Origin: an uncultured Trueperaceae bacterium
GTDB lineage: Bacteria; Deinococcota; Deinococci; Deinococcales; Trueperaceae
Assembly: GCA_963799485.1 (NCBI GenBank)
Contig: CAWCXJ010000007.1
Coordinates: 192,001-256,000, forward strand
Reading direction: 5' to 3'
Length of the DNA: 64,000 nt
The notes under the pieces were generated by a model. That model saw only the letters and a program-made list of their open reading frames with translations, was not told where the DNA came from and ran no database searches. A program made the position numbers and the translations under genes. Positions 1 through 10,902 of this stretch are shown here, in pieces (within the stretch, counting starts at the first letter, position 1; every line of letters starts with the position of its first letter).

Positions 1-601
1 CTACATCCGCGAATCGTTGACCCTGCAACGCGTGGTCGAGCAAATTCGGAGCAATATCACAGTCGATGACAACGCCGTTCGCACTTTTTACGACAACAAC
101 AAAGACCAGTTTGGGCAGTCCGAGCAGGTTTGCGCGCAGCACATCTTGGTTGCAGACAAGGCCAAGGCCGATGAGCTGTACCAGCAGTTGCAAAATGGTG
201 GCGACTTTGCCGAACTCGCCGCTGCCAACAGTATCGACCCGGGCAGCAAAGATAGCGGCGGCGATCTGGGTTGCCTGAGCCGGGGTCAGACCGTACCGGA
301 ATTTGAGGCGGCGGCGTTCGGCGCTGAAGTCGGGACGATAACCGAGCCGGTTCAGAGCCAGTTCGGGTATCACATCATCAAGGTCAACGAGAAAAACCCG
401 GCAACGACGACCCCGTTTGCCCAGGTCAGAGACCAGGTACGCCAACAACTCGTTAGTGAACGGCTGGGTGAAAGGATCGCAGCCCTGCGCGAAGCTTCCG
501 GCATCCAAACTTTTCCTGAAGTGTTGCCGCAAACGCCGCCGGTTGCACCTGTCCAACCCGAAATTACGCCGCCGCCCGCCCCGGAGAGTGGCGGTCAGTA
601 G
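1..601 (+). CDS. PpiC/parvulin peptidyl-prolyl isomerase (PrsA-like foldase), 5' truncated by window edge
   Basis: CAQHILV...FAELAAANSIDPGSKDSGGDLG...VPEFEAAAF...PVQSQFGYHIIKV parvulin motifs. Confidence 0.9.
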   Translation, partial: YIRESLTLQRVVEQIRSNITVDDNAVRTFYDNNKDQFGQSEQVCAQHILVADKAKADELYQQLQNGGDFAELAAANSIDPGSKDSGGDLGCLSRGQTVPEFEAAAFGAEVGTITEPVQSQFGYHIIKVNEKNPATTTPFAQVRDQVRQQLVSERLGERIAALREASGIQTFPEVLPQTPPVAPVQPEITPPPAPESGGQ

Positions 602-623
602 CCCGCATTCTCGCGTCTTTAGC

Positions 624-650
624 AAGGAGCCCACCAGGGCTCCTTCTTTT
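624..650 (+). terminator. Intrinsic terminator between convergent genes
   Basis: AAGGAGCCC-ACCA-GGGCTCCTT hairpin followed by CTTTT. Confidence 0.75.
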
Positions 651-662
651 GTTTAACCGAGC

Positions 663-1334
663 TCAGGGCGCCAGCCGCTCGAGCCGCCACCCTTCACCCT
701 GCCGAGAATAGCGGAACCTGTCGTGCAGTCTATTGGGCCGTCCTTGCCAGAACTCGAGCCTCCCCGGTCTCACCACAAGGCCGCCCCAAAAGTCCGGTAG
801 CGGCACCTCGCCCGGAAACTCGGCCTCGACCTCTTTGAGGCGGGCCTCGAGTACCCCCCGGTTGTCGATCACCCGACTTTGCGGCGAAACCCACTCGCTC
901 AGCTGTGACCCCCTGGGCCGCGTTTTGTGGTACGCTTCGGACTCTTTGGTAGGAAGCTTTGAAACCGTCCCTTCAACCCGAACTTGACGTTCTAAAGCAA
1001 GCCAGTTAAAGACAAGCGCAACTTTCGGGTTTTCTGCCAGTTCGTGTGCCTTGCGGCTTTCGTAATTTGTGTAGAAGACAAACCCGCGCTCATCTAAACC
1101 TTTGAGCAGCACGACCCTTGCCGAAGGTTGACCGGCAGCATCTACGGTTGCCAGAGTCATGGCGTTGGCCTCGAGCATCGCTCCCTCTTTAGCAGCGTTT
1201 TGCGCGTCGTCCAGCCAATTTTGAAACTGTTTTACGGGATCGGCGTCGAGGTCGTGTTCGTCTAGAGTACCCTGGGTATAGTTTCGTCTTAAGTCGGCTA
1301 GGTCTTTGGTGTTCACTCCGGTATTATCCCGCAT
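663..1334 (-). CDS. pdxH: Pyridoxamine 5'-phosphate oxidase
   Basis: ANAMTLAT, PSARVVLLK, FYTNYESRK, EFWQGRPNRLHDR motifs. Confidence 0.95.
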   Translation of the reverse strand: MRDNTGVNTKDLADLRRNYTQGTLDEHDLDADPVKQFQNWLDDAQNAAKEGAMLEANAMTLATVDAAGQPSARVVLLKGLDERGFVFYTNYESRKAHELAENPKVALVFNWLALERQVRVEGTVSKLPTKESEAYHKTRPRGSQLSEWVSPQSRVIDNRGVLEARLKEVEAEFPGEVPLPDFWGGLVVRPGRLEFWQGRPNRLHDRFRYSRQGEGWRLERLAP

Positions 1335-1433
1335 TAACAGCGCCGAGTGGCGGCGTGTGCCCCTTACGTCACAAACAGACCCACGCCGCGTTCTATAAAC
1401 TTGGGTTTAGTATTGACCAAGAGGAGGCGAAAG

Positions 1434-1733
1434 ATGAACGATTACGACCGCGAACAAGACGGCGATTTGGGCGGCGACGAAACCCCGTACATGAGCGACG
1501 ACGACGAGTTCGAGCGCGACGGTACCCACGAGATTGCGATTGACGAGCTGAGCGAAAATACGGCGCGGCGCGACGAGCTTGCGCGGCGACTCGAGGATTT
1601 GGTGGCAACCGCGCTCGAGTGGTCTGAAATCAGCGAAGACGAAGACGCCCAAGACATCTACGAGGCGCTCGCTGACCTTTACGAACGCGTGAGTGTGCCG
1701 CTCGAGGACACCGACGACGAGTTGGTCGAGTAG
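1434..1733 (+). CDS. Very acidic hypothetical protein (99 aa)
   Basis: GAGGAGG SD before ATG 1434; 37 D/E residues. Confidence 0.7.
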   Translation: MNDYDREQDGDLGGDETPYMSDDDEFERDGTHEIAIDELSENTARRDELARRLEDLVATALEWSEISEDEDAQDIYEALADLYERVSVPLEDTDDELVE

Positions 1734-1920
1734 CCTGAAGCGCACTGATTCGGGTTTGGTTGCAAAGGTGCTACGAAGCAAGCATTAAAGAGCAAGCATA
1801 ATGAAAACGGCGTAGGCTCGAGTTCTACGCCGTTCGTTTTGAGCAGTACAGACTTTGAGCCATACGAATATCGTAAGCTGCACGGTCACGCCGTAAAACC
1901 GGGTCGTTTACGGTGAAGTT

Positions 1921-3960
1921 ATGTCTAACGAAGCCACATCCAACCGCCTCAAAAATGAAACGAGTCCGTACCTGCTGCAACACGCCGAGAATCCCGTAAA
2001 CTGGTTTCCCTGGGGCGACGAAGCGTTCGACCTCGCCAAAGCCCAAGACAAACCCGTGCTGCTTTCTATCGGTTACTCCGCGTGTCACTGGTGTCACGTG
2101 ATGGCGCACGAATCGTTTGAAGACCCGCAAATTGCCGCGCTGATGAACGAGCTCTACGTTTCCATCAAGGTTGACCGCGAAGAGCGCCCGGACGTGGACG
2201 CGGTGTATATGAGCGCGGTGCAGGCGTTGACCGGTTCGGGCGGCTGGCCGTTGACGGTGTTTTTAACGCCTGAAGGCAAGCCGTTTTACGGCGGCACGTA
2301 TTACCCGCCCGCAGACCGTTTGGGGCATCCCGGTTTTCGGCGTGTCTTAACGAGTCTCGCGGGGGTTTGGCAGGAGCGCCGGGGAGAGGCGCTTGAAGCG
2401 GCGGAGTCTCTGACCGGGCAGCTCGAGGCGCAAGTCCCGTCGGTACCGGGAGATTTAGACAATGTTACAACGGACGCTTTAGAGACCCTTTCCAACACCT
2501 TCGACCCGGTTTACGGCGGTTTCGGCAGTGCGCCCAAGTTTCCGCCGCACACGGCGCTGAAGTTTCTCCTGTTACGCCCGGAACCGCGCGCTTTGGAGAT
2601 GGCGAACGTCACCCTTACAAAGATGGCCCAGGGTGGTATTTACGACCAACTCGGCGGCGGCTTTTCGCGTTACAGCGTTGATGCTAAATGGCTCGTCCCA
2701 CATTTTGAAAAGATGCTCTACGACAACGCGCAGCTTGTGAGCCGCTACGCCGAGGCGTTTACGGCGTCTCAAAATCCGCTTTACCGGCAAGTTATCGAAG
2801 ACACGCTGACGTTTGCCGAACGCGAACTCATGTCCCCCGAAGGCGGCTTTTACAGCGCCTTAGACGCCGATTCCGAAGGGGTAGAAGGCAAGTATTACGT
2901 CTGGACGGCGGCAGAATTAGACGCGCTTTTAGGCGATGACGCCGAACTCGTCAAAGCGCACTACGGCGTGACGGCTGCCGGAAACTTTGAAGGTCAGAGC
3001 ATTTTGTTTGTCGCTCAAAATATCGAGGCTTTAGCAGAACAGTTCTCCCTCGCCGAAGCTGACGTTACGGAAAAGCTAAACCGCGTCAAAAAAACCCTGT
3101 TCGACGCGCGGCAACCTCGGGTTCGGCCCGGTCTCGACGACAAGATTCTCTGTTCGTGGAACGGCCTGATGCTGTCCGCTTACGCCGACGCGGGGCGCGT
3201 TTTACGGCGAGCGGATTATCTGGAGACGGCCCGTAAAACCGCAAGGTTTATGCAAGAAGCGTTTTACGGTAACGGGCGGCTCAAGCACACCTATAAGGCG
3301 GGGCGGGCCAAAGTTGAAGGGTTGTTGGAGGATTACGCCTACTTCGCCCACGGGCTCGTAAGCCTTTACGGGGCGACGCTCGAGGCCGACTGGCTGCTGC
3401 TCGCGCTGGACCTCACCGAAACCATCGTCAAAGACTTTCACGACGCCGACGCGGGCGGGTTTTACGGCACGGTTCCCGGCGGCGACCTCATCGTCCGGCC
3501 CAAAGACCTGTTCGACGCGGCGACGCCTTCGGGCAACGGTGCGGCGGCAGAACTGCTTGTCACCTTATCGCGTCACACCGATAACCGCGACTGGGAAGAC
3601 CTGGCGCTCGACGCCGTAAAACCGCTGCAAGAGGCGCTGCGCCGCTATCCGACCGGGTTTGCGTCATGCCTCACGGCTGTTGAAAAGCTTTACGCGCCGC
3701 CCAGGGAAATCGCCGTCTTCGGCAGCCGCAACGACCCGGAAACGCAGGCGCTTTTGGACGTACTTGACGAATTCGACCTGACGTTTACGGCGGTGGCGCT
3801 CATTGAAACAGATGACCCGCTCATAAAAAAACTGCCTTTTACGCAGAACCGGGGCCGAGTGGAGGGCCGACCGACGGCTTATGTCTGCGAACGGGGCGCG
3901 TGCCGCTTGCCGGTTACGACCCCGGACGCTCTACGTGAACAGCTCAGCCAAGCAACCTGA
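1921..3960 (+). CDS. Thioredoxin-domain protein, YyaL/SSP411 (DUF255) family
   Basis: [39 protein letters not shown]. Confidence 0.95.
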   Translation: MSNEATSNRLKNETSPYLLQHAENPVNWFPWGDEAFDLAKAQDKPVLLSIGYSACHWCHVMAHESFEDPQIAALMNELYVSIKVDREERPDVDAVYMSAVQALTGSGGWPLTVFLTPEGKPFYGGTYYPPADRLGHPGFRRVLTSLAGVWQERRGEALEAAESLTGQLEAQVPSVPGDLDNVTTDALETLSNTFDPVYGGFGSAPKFPPHTALKFLLLRPEPRALEMANVTLTKMAQGGIYDQLGGGFSRYSVDAKWLVPHFEKMLYDNAQLVSRYAEAFTASQNPLYRQVIEDTLTFAERELMSPEGGFYSALDADSEGVEGKYYVWTAAELDALLGDDAELVKAHYGVTAAGNFEGQSILFVAQNIEALAEQFSLAEADVTEKLNRVKKTLFDARQPRVRPGLDDKILCSWNGLMLSAYADAGRVLRRADYLETARKTARFMQEAFYGNGRLKHTYKAGRAKVEGLLEDYAYFAHGLVSLYGATLEADWLLLALDLTETIVKDFHDADAGGFYGTVPGGDLIVRPKDLFDAATPSGNGAAAELLVTLSRHTDNRDWEDLALDAVKPLQEALRRYPTGFASCLTAVEKLYAPPREIAVFGSRNDPETQALLDVLDEFDLTFTAVALIETDDPLIKKLPFTQNRGRVEGRPTAYVCERGACRLPVTTPDALREQLSQAT

Positions 3961-4018
3961 ACGGGGCCGATTTGCGATTTCTGGCATGTGTTTCGCCGCT
4001 AGTCGTTAAGATAAAAGG

Positions 4019-6337
4019 GTGACTACCGAGCGCAAGCCGCTTAATCTCCTCGTCGGGCCACCGGGTTCGGGCAAAACCACAAGGCTTTTAGAGGTAGCGC
4101 TTACTGCCACCCGCGCCGGAAAACGGGTGTGGTGGGTCGGCCTGCCGAGTCAGCGGAGTTACGTGTACACCCGCGCGACGGTGCAGGGCGCGGTGTTGGG
4201 GCTCGAGTTCCTCTCTTCACAGCAGGTCTACTACCGGCTGTTAGCAGCGGCGCTCAAACTCAAACCGCTGTTAGTTGGGACAGGTCGGATTGCGCTCGTG
4301 GGTGAAGCGCTCCTTACCTGCTACGGCGAACTGCCCGCTCCGGGCGAAGCGCGGCTTTTTACCCGGGCGATTGCCGAGGCCAAACGCTACGGTTTAGAGC
4401 CCCAAACGCTGCCGCAAACCGACCGCGAAAGCGAACGGCTCCGTGAGGTTTTTGCGGTGTATGAACGCATCAAGGGCGAACGCTGGGACTACGACGACTT
4501 CCGCCGTGAAGCGTTCGTGCTGGCGAGTCAAGCTACCGTAAAACCTGAAGCCGACCTCATTATCATCGACGGCTTTCGGGAAGTGGGGCCGCTCGAGCTG
4601 GGTCTTTACACAGCGCTTTCGCGGCAAACCGAGGTGTGGCTGTCGCTGCCCGAAGCGCCGCCGGGTTTTACGGCAACCCAAATGCTACCGCCGCGCCCCT
4701 CGTCCCACACGGTTGTGCATCACGCCGCCAACCCGGTTGCCGAAGCGCGCTGGGTGCTGCGTTCCCTTAAACGCGACCTCGCCGAAGGGGCCGACCCGCT
4801 CTCGCTGGCGGTCATTTTGCCCGAAGGAGAGGTGCGGGCGTTTGCTGTCTTAGCCGACGAATACGGCGTCCCGCTGATGGACGAGACGCCCAAAGCGCTC
4901 GCCGACACACCGGGCGGACGGCTGCTTTTGGATTTGCTCGAGTTACCCGACTACCCGACGCCGTCGCGCCTATTAGCCATTCCCGAACTTATCCCGCTGG
5001 CGAACGCGGCTCTGAAACGAAACCTGGGCGGACGCGAGGCGCTTTCGCTTTTGGCTAAAGAATTGGGTTTGGAGCGGCCCTTACTGTTCTGGCTGGCGCG
5101 GCTCGAGACCCCCGGAGACGAACTCGCGTGGGCTAGAGAACTCCTCGACAGCCTGCCCGAACTCACCCAACGCTCGCCGGAACGCGGTTGGGACGGCTTC
5201 AAGGCGCACGCGCTCGAGCGGGCCAAAGAAGCCGCGCAACTTGCTCGGGGGCCGCAATTTCGGGCGTGGTGGGGTGCATTGTTGCAAGAGACGGCGGTGT
5301 TCGACCGGCCCAAAGGGGGCGTGGCGCTCTTGACACCGAACCTCGCGTCGGGGCGGCGGTTTCGGCGGGCGTATCTGTTACGGGCGCTCGAGGGCGTCTA
5401 CAACGCCGGTGAACGCGAAGATTATTTTGTCCCGGAAGAGTCGCGAAGTAGTTTGGAAAGCGTTTTTGAGCGTTTCGGACTCCCCAAACGCTTTTTGGGC
5501 CGTGACCCCGTGCTTCTAGAAGAGCTGCAAACTCGAGCCGACGAGGTTGTCATCCTCTACCCCGAAGCCGACCAGGGCGGGCCGAGGGTCGCCGAAGTGT
5601 CCCTTACCCGTGACGCGCTGCCCCTGAGCGAGCTGCCTGCCGGGAGTGTGCTCGAGGCGGGCAAACGCAGCCGTTTCAGCGCTACTGTCACGCCGGTGTC
5701 GCTCAAACGGGCGAGTGTCAAGCAGTTGTCACGTTTTGAGACCTGCGGCTTTCGCTTTTGGGCGGAGCGCTTTACCGAGTTTGAGCAGGTCTGGTGGCGT
5801 GAGCTGATTCACGAGTTCAGAACCTATGAACGGCTGAACGGGGCGAGGCTGGGGTCGCTGCACGCAGCTTTTCCGGGCGCGGCCTCGTGGTTGGACGAGG
5901 TGGAGGCTACGCTTTTGCCGCTGACGTTCGGCTATATGCTCACCAGCTTCGATGACGGCCCTTATGCCTACCTTGATGCGGTCGGGCGGAGCGGCGACAC
6001 GTACCGCGTATATACCTTTACCGAACCGGGTGAGCTGAGCGCCGCCGACGCCAAGCGCTTCGTTGAGCGGAGCGGGCGCTTGCATGAGCTCTGGGCCGCA
6101 GCAGAACTTTTTACGCGCGGCGCGGCGTCCGTTGAACTTTACGTCTGGCCGGTGCTGGGTCGTCCGGTTGCCGCTTACGACGCGGGTGTGACGAGGCCGA
6201 CGCGGGCGATGGTTGGGCGGCAGCAGCAGGCGGCCCGCCTTCATGAGCGTTTTACGGCAGGGGAGATGCAGCCCAAACCCGGTTTCGGCTGCCGTGAGTG
6301 CGGCGTCTTCGACCTCTGCCGGGTCGGGACGAGATAG
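4019..6337 (+). CDS. AddB-like subunit (degenerate helicase fold plus Fe-S stapled nuclease-like domain)
   Basis: GPPGSGKT P-loop, IIIDGF, CGFRFW and C-terminal CRECGVFDLC; directly upstream of AddA-like gene. Confidence 0.75.
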   Translation: MTTERKPLNLLVGPPGSGKTTRLLEVALTATRAGKRVWWVGLPSQRSYVYTRATVQGAVLGLEFLSSQQVYYRLLAAALKLKPLLVGTGRIALVGEALLTCYGELPAPGEARLFTRAIAEAKRYGLEPQTLPQTDRESERLREVFAVYERIKGERWDYDDFRREAFVLASQATVKPEADLIIIDGFREVGPLELGLYTALSRQTEVWLSLPEAPPGFTATQMLPPRPSSHTVVHHAANPVAEARWVLRSLKRDLAEGADPLSLAVILPEGEVRAFAVLADEYGVPLMDETPKALADTPGGRLLLDLLELPDYPTPSRLLAIPELIPLANAALKRNLGGREALSLLAKELGLERPLLFWLARLETPGDELAWARELLDSLPELTQRSPERGWDGFKAHALERAKEAAQLARGPQFRAWWGALLQETAVFDRPKGGVALLTPNLASGRRFRRAYLLRALEGVYNAGEREDYFVPEESRSSLESVFERFGLPKRFLGRDPVLLEELQTRADEVVILYPEADQGGPRVAEVSLTRDALPLSELPAGSVLEAGKRSRFSATVTPVSLKRASVKQLSRFETCGFRFWAERFTEFEQVWWRELIHEFRTYERLNGARLGSLHAAFPGAASWLDEVEATLLPLTFGYMLTSFDDGPYAYLDAVGRSGDTYRVYTFTEPGELSAADAKRFVERSGRLHELWAAAELFTRGAASVELYVWPVLGRPVAAYDAGVTRPTRAMVGRQQQAARLHERFTAGEMQPKPGFGCRECGVFDLCRVGTR

Positions 6338-6338
6338 C

Positions 6339-9071
6339 GTGAAAGTCCGAGTTGCCTCCGCCGGAACCGGTAAAACGACGAGTTTAGTAAGGCGTTACCT
6401 CGAGCTGACCCAAGCCGGCGTCCCGCTCCGCCGAATTGCCGGGGTGACGTTTACGAACGCCGCCGCCGCCGAGTTGCGGCAGCGCGTCGGAGCCGGAGTG
6501 CGCGAGGCACTCGCTACGGACAGCTACCTCGACCTGAGTTTTACGGCGGACGACAAGCCGAGGTTGGCGGCTGCCGAACGCGAACTCGGCGGCGCGACCT
6601 TAAACACCATTCACGGCTTTATGGGCGGGGCGCTCCGTTTGACCGCGCCGCTGCTGGGTCTAGACCCCGACTTTAGCGTTTTGGGCGAGTGGGAAGGCAC
6701 CGCATTGTTCGAGGAGGAGTTGAAAACGCTCCTCTACCTCGCTGCAAGTCCACAGCATGGGCTTTATAGCACTGTGCAACGAGCAGGTCGAGATGCCTAT
6801 GAGTTGACGCTTAAACTCTTTCGCTCACGCTCACTTGCAGAGCAGTACAGCGCCGATAAAGCCAACGCTGAAGAGGTCGCGGTCGTCGCTCTGTTCGACG
6901 CGGTGTACGCCCGTTACCGGGTACGGCTGGGGGCGAAACTCCTCACCCCATCCGAGGTCGAGCGGCGGGCGCTGACCCTGATTCGGCATCCGGAAGCCTT
7001 GAAACGCTTGACGAGCCGCTATCAGGTTTTACTCGTAGACGAGTTTCAAGATGTCAACCCGCTGCAAGGTGCGTTTTTCCGGGCGCTCGAGCACGGCGGC
7101 CTGCAAACCGAAGTCGTCGGCGACCCCAAACAATCCATCTACGGCTTTCGTCACGCGGATGTCGAGGTATTCCGGGCGGCGCTTGCGACCGGCGAGGTGC
7201 AACCGCCGCTGGACGAAACGCGCCGTCACGCCGTCGTAATCAACCGGTTCTTAAACCACCTGACGCGCAGTTTTGCCGAACGGGAGTGGGGGTTTTCCGC
7301 ACTCGAGGCTCCCGAAGTCACCCCCGTCGGCCCACAAGGGGAGAAAACCGGGCGCGTCGAACTGCACTGGGTCACGGGGTCGGTGCCGGTCGGCGAGTTG
7401 CGGGCGTATGAGGCGCAGGTGCTGGCCTCACGTCTTGCCGACTTGAGTAGAGATTACGCGCCGCACGAGATGGCCGTTTTGGCCAAATCGCACGCGGGGC
7501 TCGGGCTTATCGAGACGGCGCTCCGTGAGATGGGTTTGCCGAGCGTCTTGCTGCAAGGGCGCGGCTACTACGAACGCCGCGAGATTCGTGACCTCTACCA
7601 CGCGCTGCAAGTGGGACTCGAGCCGAGCGGTTACAGCCTCGCAGTCTGGCTCAGAAGCCCGTTTGCCGGGTTGACGATGCCTCAGATTGACGACGTGATG
7701 GGGGCCGAAAGGCCGCTCGAGCGGCTCGAGCTGGACTTTCCCGAAACATTCGCGCGGCTGGGGCGCATCCGTGAAGCCGTCCGGACGCCGCCGCTCACCG
7801 CCCTCAAAACCCTGATTCGGGAACCGTTTTTGGGCGGACAACGTTATGTGGACTTTTTAGAACCACGCGCACGCGAAAATGTAGACGCCCTGTTATTTAC
7901 CTTTGCCGGTAGGCCGCCGCAAGAAGTTGGGGTGCTTTTGGAGCGCCTGGAGCGCCTCAGCCGTCAGACCGATGCGGGCGACGTGCCGCAGCGCGGGAGC
8001 GGCGTCAAGCTGCTGACGGTTCACAGCGCCAAGGGGCTCGAGTGGCCCGTCGTCGCCGTGTTCGATACCGGGCGGATGAACCGCGTCCAGAGTGAAACGC
8101 TCTACGTTGCTCCGGCAGGGGGCCGGGTTGCGCTTAGGGGCAGCGCGGCTTACGACGAGGTGAAGGGGCAGCTTACTGAACGCGAAGCGGGGGAGAGCTA
8201 CCGACTCCTCTACGTCGCCGCGTCGCGGGCCAGAGACGTGTTGCTTTTGTCCGGCAGCGTCAAGGACGAGCGCCCTTCAGGGTGGGCCAAAGCCCTATCC
8301 GACATCGGTTTTGGCCCGGACGCGCGGCCTTATACGCGCCCCGATTTCGTCCTTAAAGCTTGGCCCGTACAGGCGACTGCGCCTGTGCAGGGCGTAACGG
8401 CTGAGGTCTCAGGGTTACAGGTTGCGCCCTGGACACGCCGAACGTTTCCTCATTTACGGCACGCGCCGGTGTCGTCGCCGTCTTCACTCAAACGCGACGC
8501 CGAAACACACGAACCGCTGCCCGTCACCGACCCCGATGAGGGCGAACGCCTGCCCGGACGGGCGCGCACGGTTGGAACGCTCGTTCACTACGCGATTTCA
8601 CAAAACTGGTCGGCAGAGAACCCGGTTCACCTGGAGAACTTGCGGGCGCAAGAGGTGATGTTCCCTTTTAGCGAAGCTGAAAAAAGTGACGTCGTTGCCG
8701 AGGTCGCCGGACTGCTCGCTACTTACGAAAAGATGCTCGGTCATGAGCTTCCGGCGCTTGCCGAGCGCAGCAAAGACCACGCCGAGGTGCCGCTGGCCTT
8801 GCCGCACGGCGGGACGGTCTGGCAGGGTATCATCGACCGGTTTTACTGTGCGGACGGGGTATGGTACTTAGAAGACTACAAAACCGACCGCGAAGTCGTG
8901 CCGGAACACTACACCTTTCAGCTGGCCTTGTACGCTCGAGTCTTGCACCAAGTCAGGGGCATTACGCCGGTAGTGCAGCTCGTTTATCTGCGTGCAGAGC
9001 GGGTCGTTACGGTGCCGTTAGGGGTGCTCGAGGCTGCCTTCGACGAAACGCTCGCGGTTCCCGTCGGCTAG
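6339..9071 (+). CDS. AddA-like UvrD helicase/RecB-family nuclease
   Basis: ASAGTGKT, VTFTNAAA, LVDEFQD, VGDPKQSIYGFR, TVHSAKGLEW, LYVAASRA, GIIDR...EDYKT; GTG start 1 nt after addB-like stop. Confidence 0.88.
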   Translation: MKVRVASAGTGKTTSLVRRYLELTQAGVPLRRIAGVTFTNAAAAELRQRVGAGVREALATDSYLDLSFTADDKPRLAAAERELGGATLNTIHGFMGGALRLTAPLLGLDPDFSVLGEWEGTALFEEELKTLLYLAASPQHGLYSTVQRAGRDAYELTLKLFRSRSLAEQYSADKANAEEVAVVALFDAVYARYRVRLGAKLLTPSEVERRALTLIRHPEALKRLTSRYQVLLVDEFQDVNPLQGAFFRALEHGGLQTEVVGDPKQSIYGFRHADVEVFRAALATGEVQPPLDETRRHAVVINRFLNHLTRSFAEREWGFSALEAPEVTPVGPQGEKTGRVELHWVTGSVPVGELRAYEAQVLASRLADLSRDYAPHEMAVLAKSHAGLGLIETALREMGLPSVLLQGRGYYERREIRDLYHALQVGLEPSGYSLAVWLRSPFAGLTMPQIDDVMGAERPLERLELDFPETFARLGRIREAVRTPPLTALKTLIREPFLGGQRYVDFLEPRARENVDALLFTFAGRPPQEVGVLLERLERLSRQTDAGDVPQRGSGVKLLTVHSAKGLEWPVVAVFDTGRMNRVQSETLYVAPAGGRVALRGSAAYDEVKGQLTEREAGESYRLLYVAASRARDVLLLSGSVKDERPSGWAKALSDIGFGPDARPYTRPDFVLKAWPVQATAPVQGVTAEVSGLQVAPWTRRTFPHLRHAPVSSPSSLKRDAETHEPLPVTDPDEGERLPGRARTVGTLVHYAISQNWSAENPVHLENLRAQEVMFPFSEAEKSDVVAEVAGLLATYEKMLGHELPALAERSKDHAEVPLALPHGGTVWQGIIDRFYCADGVWYLEDYKTDREVVPEHYTFQLALYARVLHQVRGITPVVQLVYLRAERVVTVPLGVLEAAFDETLAVPVG

Positions 9072-9081
9072 ACCGTTGTTT

Positions 9082-9984
9082 TTACGGCGACGAGACCGCC
9101 ACGTAACCACGTACCGGGCGGTTAGCCGAATTGCCGAGCCCGTCGGTAGCCCTAGCCCGGAAAACGTAGGCAAACTCGTTCCCTGAACCGGGCAAGTCGC
9201 TGATGTTGCGCGCGTTTTCGGCGACGCGGATAGGAAATACGCAGCGCACAGTGGTTGGGAGTAAACCTATGCGGCAATCTCCGGTCGGCGCGCCGACAAT
9301 TGAAAAGGGCGGCCTGTCGGGGGAAATCTCTCCGGCGAGACCTTCCGGGCGACCGTTGACCAAAAGGGGTGAGACCCTAGCGATGCCGTCGGGGTCGCTA
9401 AACATGACCTCGAGATAAAACTCGCCCCCCGGTGCGACTTTAAGGACGCGGTTGTCGTCTCGGCTTTCGATTCCGCCGGCCTCATCGTTGACAAACGGCC
9501 CGTTGGGTCTCAAGCTGACGCCCAGGGTTCCTTCGGGAGCTTCTGCGGCGCTGTCACCCTCACCACCACTTGCTGCGCTACTAGAACCTGCGCCACCGGA
9601 CGCTCCCCCGGAAGCTGCACTGCCGCCGACGCTCGCTACGCCCCTTACTTCGACCTGCCGCGTCTGCTGAACGCTCCCGAGGCGGTTTTGGGCAATAAGT
9701 GTGTAAGTTGTAGAAATAGTGGGTTTCAAGCTTACCGACGAACCCGAATAGGTTGAGGCGGTTTCTGCATCCTCCGAGAGAAGCCGCGCCGCGTCGGTTC
9801 CGGCTAGTTGCCACGACAGCGTTACAGGTTCACCGCTCGTAATGACGGGGCTCGAGACGCTAAAAGCCTTAATCTCCGGCAGAGCCGAACCCGCTACCAC
9901 CGGAAATCTCGCATAACCGAGCCCGCCCGCAACCACAGCGAGCAACATCAGCCGAAACCATCTTGTCGTAAAAGCCTTTTTCAC
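9082..9984 (-). CDS. Exported/membrane-anchored hypothetical protein with Ig-like beta domains and G/S linker
   Basis: N-terminal basic plus hydrophobic signal, GEPVTLSW...TTYTLIAQN Ig-like pattern, GAGGAG SD. Confidence 0.65.
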   Translation of the reverse strand: MKKAFTTRWFRLMLLAVVAGGLGYARFPVVAGSALPEIKAFSVSSPVITSGEPVTLSWQLAGTDAARLLSEDAETASTYSGSSVSLKPTISTTYTLIAQNRLGSVQQTRQVEVRGVASVGGSAASGGASGGAGSSSAASGGEGDSAAEAPEGTLGVSLRPNGPFVNDEAGGIESRDDNRVLKVAPGGEFYLEVMFSDPDGIARVSPLLVNGRPEGLAGEISPDRPPFSIVGAPTGDCRIGLLPTTVRCVFPIRVAENARNISDLPGSGNEFAYVFRARATDGLGNSANRPVRGYVAVSSP

Positions 9985-10109
9985 CTTGTCTCCTCGGCTA
10001 GCGTCACTATAACTTGAAGTTTGACCTCTCGAGGGGCTATACTAGCAAGGTTTTGCCCGCGAGGGCTTCTTAACGGTACTGTAAAATTTGCGAAACTGAG
10101 GTGCAGAGC

Positions 10110-10586
10110 ATGAACTACAACAAAGGCGCGATTTTGCGCGCTATCGAGCAGCCTTTTCTCAAGGACAACCTGCCCGAGTTCGATACCGGAGATACCGTAC
10201 GCGTCGATTACCGCGTTTCGGAGGGCAACCGCAGCCGCATTCAGGCATTCGAAGGGGTCGTCATCGCCCGCAACAACGGCAAACAGGGTGCGCGCGCGAC
10301 CTTTACCGTTCGCAAGATGAGTTTTGGAACGGGCGTCGAACGTATCTTTCCGCTGCATTCGCCGCTGATTAGCGCTTTGAGCGTGGTGCGCCGTGGTCGC
10401 ACGCGCCGCGCTAAACTCTACTACCTGCGCGACCTGCGCGGTAAAGCAGCGCGCCTTAAAACCGACGTGACCCGCCAAGAGGTCGATCGCGCCGCCTTCC
10501 GCGCCACGCGTGACGAGAAAAAACAGCGCGCCCAGGCCGCGTCTGCAGAGGCAAACGAAGCCGCTGCGGAGCCAACCCAAAGCTAG
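10110..10586 (+). CDS. rplS: 50S ribosomal protein L19
   Basis: [43 protein letters not shown]. Confidence 0.97.
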   Translation: MNYNKGAILRAIEQPFLKDNLPEFDTGDTVRVDYRVSEGNRSRIQAFEGVVIARNNGKQGARATFTVRKMSFGTGVERIFPLHSPLISALSVVRRGRTRRAKLYYLRDLRGKAARLKTDVTRQEVDRAAFRATRDEKKQRAQAASAEANEAAAEPTQS

Positions 10587-10648
10587 CACAGCGCTGCTGT
10601 GGTTTGCCTGCGCTCCGCTAGAGTGAACGCTCGTTTGTTACGCTGTCG

Positions 10649-10678
10649 TTGACAGGGAGCAGGCAAACTCGTTAGTAT
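10649..10678 (+). promoter_or_regulatory. Sigma70-type promoter for tRNA-Ala
   Basis: TTGACA-18nt-TAGTAT. Confidence 0.6.
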
Positions 10679-10711
10679 GGTTGGGCTGGCATGGCTGTTA
10701 AAGCCGTTTTT

Positions 10712-10788
<77 letters not shown>

Positions 10789-10902
10789 AGCTGCTCGGCT
10801 GAGCAAAGTCCTGAGTCAAGGTTTGACAAAACCATGGCACTCGGGGCTTCGTCTTATGGTTACAAGTGCTAGACTTTTAACTTTTATGTTTCGGAGGACA
10901 TA

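Noticed and set aside
9981..10589. Long antisense ORFs (opposite rplS, slpA, ABC genes and others)
   Set aside because: Shadow ORFs expected in GC-rich coding DNA; no motifs or start signals
10883..10902. TTATGT-N8-ACATAA hairpin around the rplU SD as an autoregulatory element
   Set aside because: Weak AT-rich stem; unsupported without comparative data
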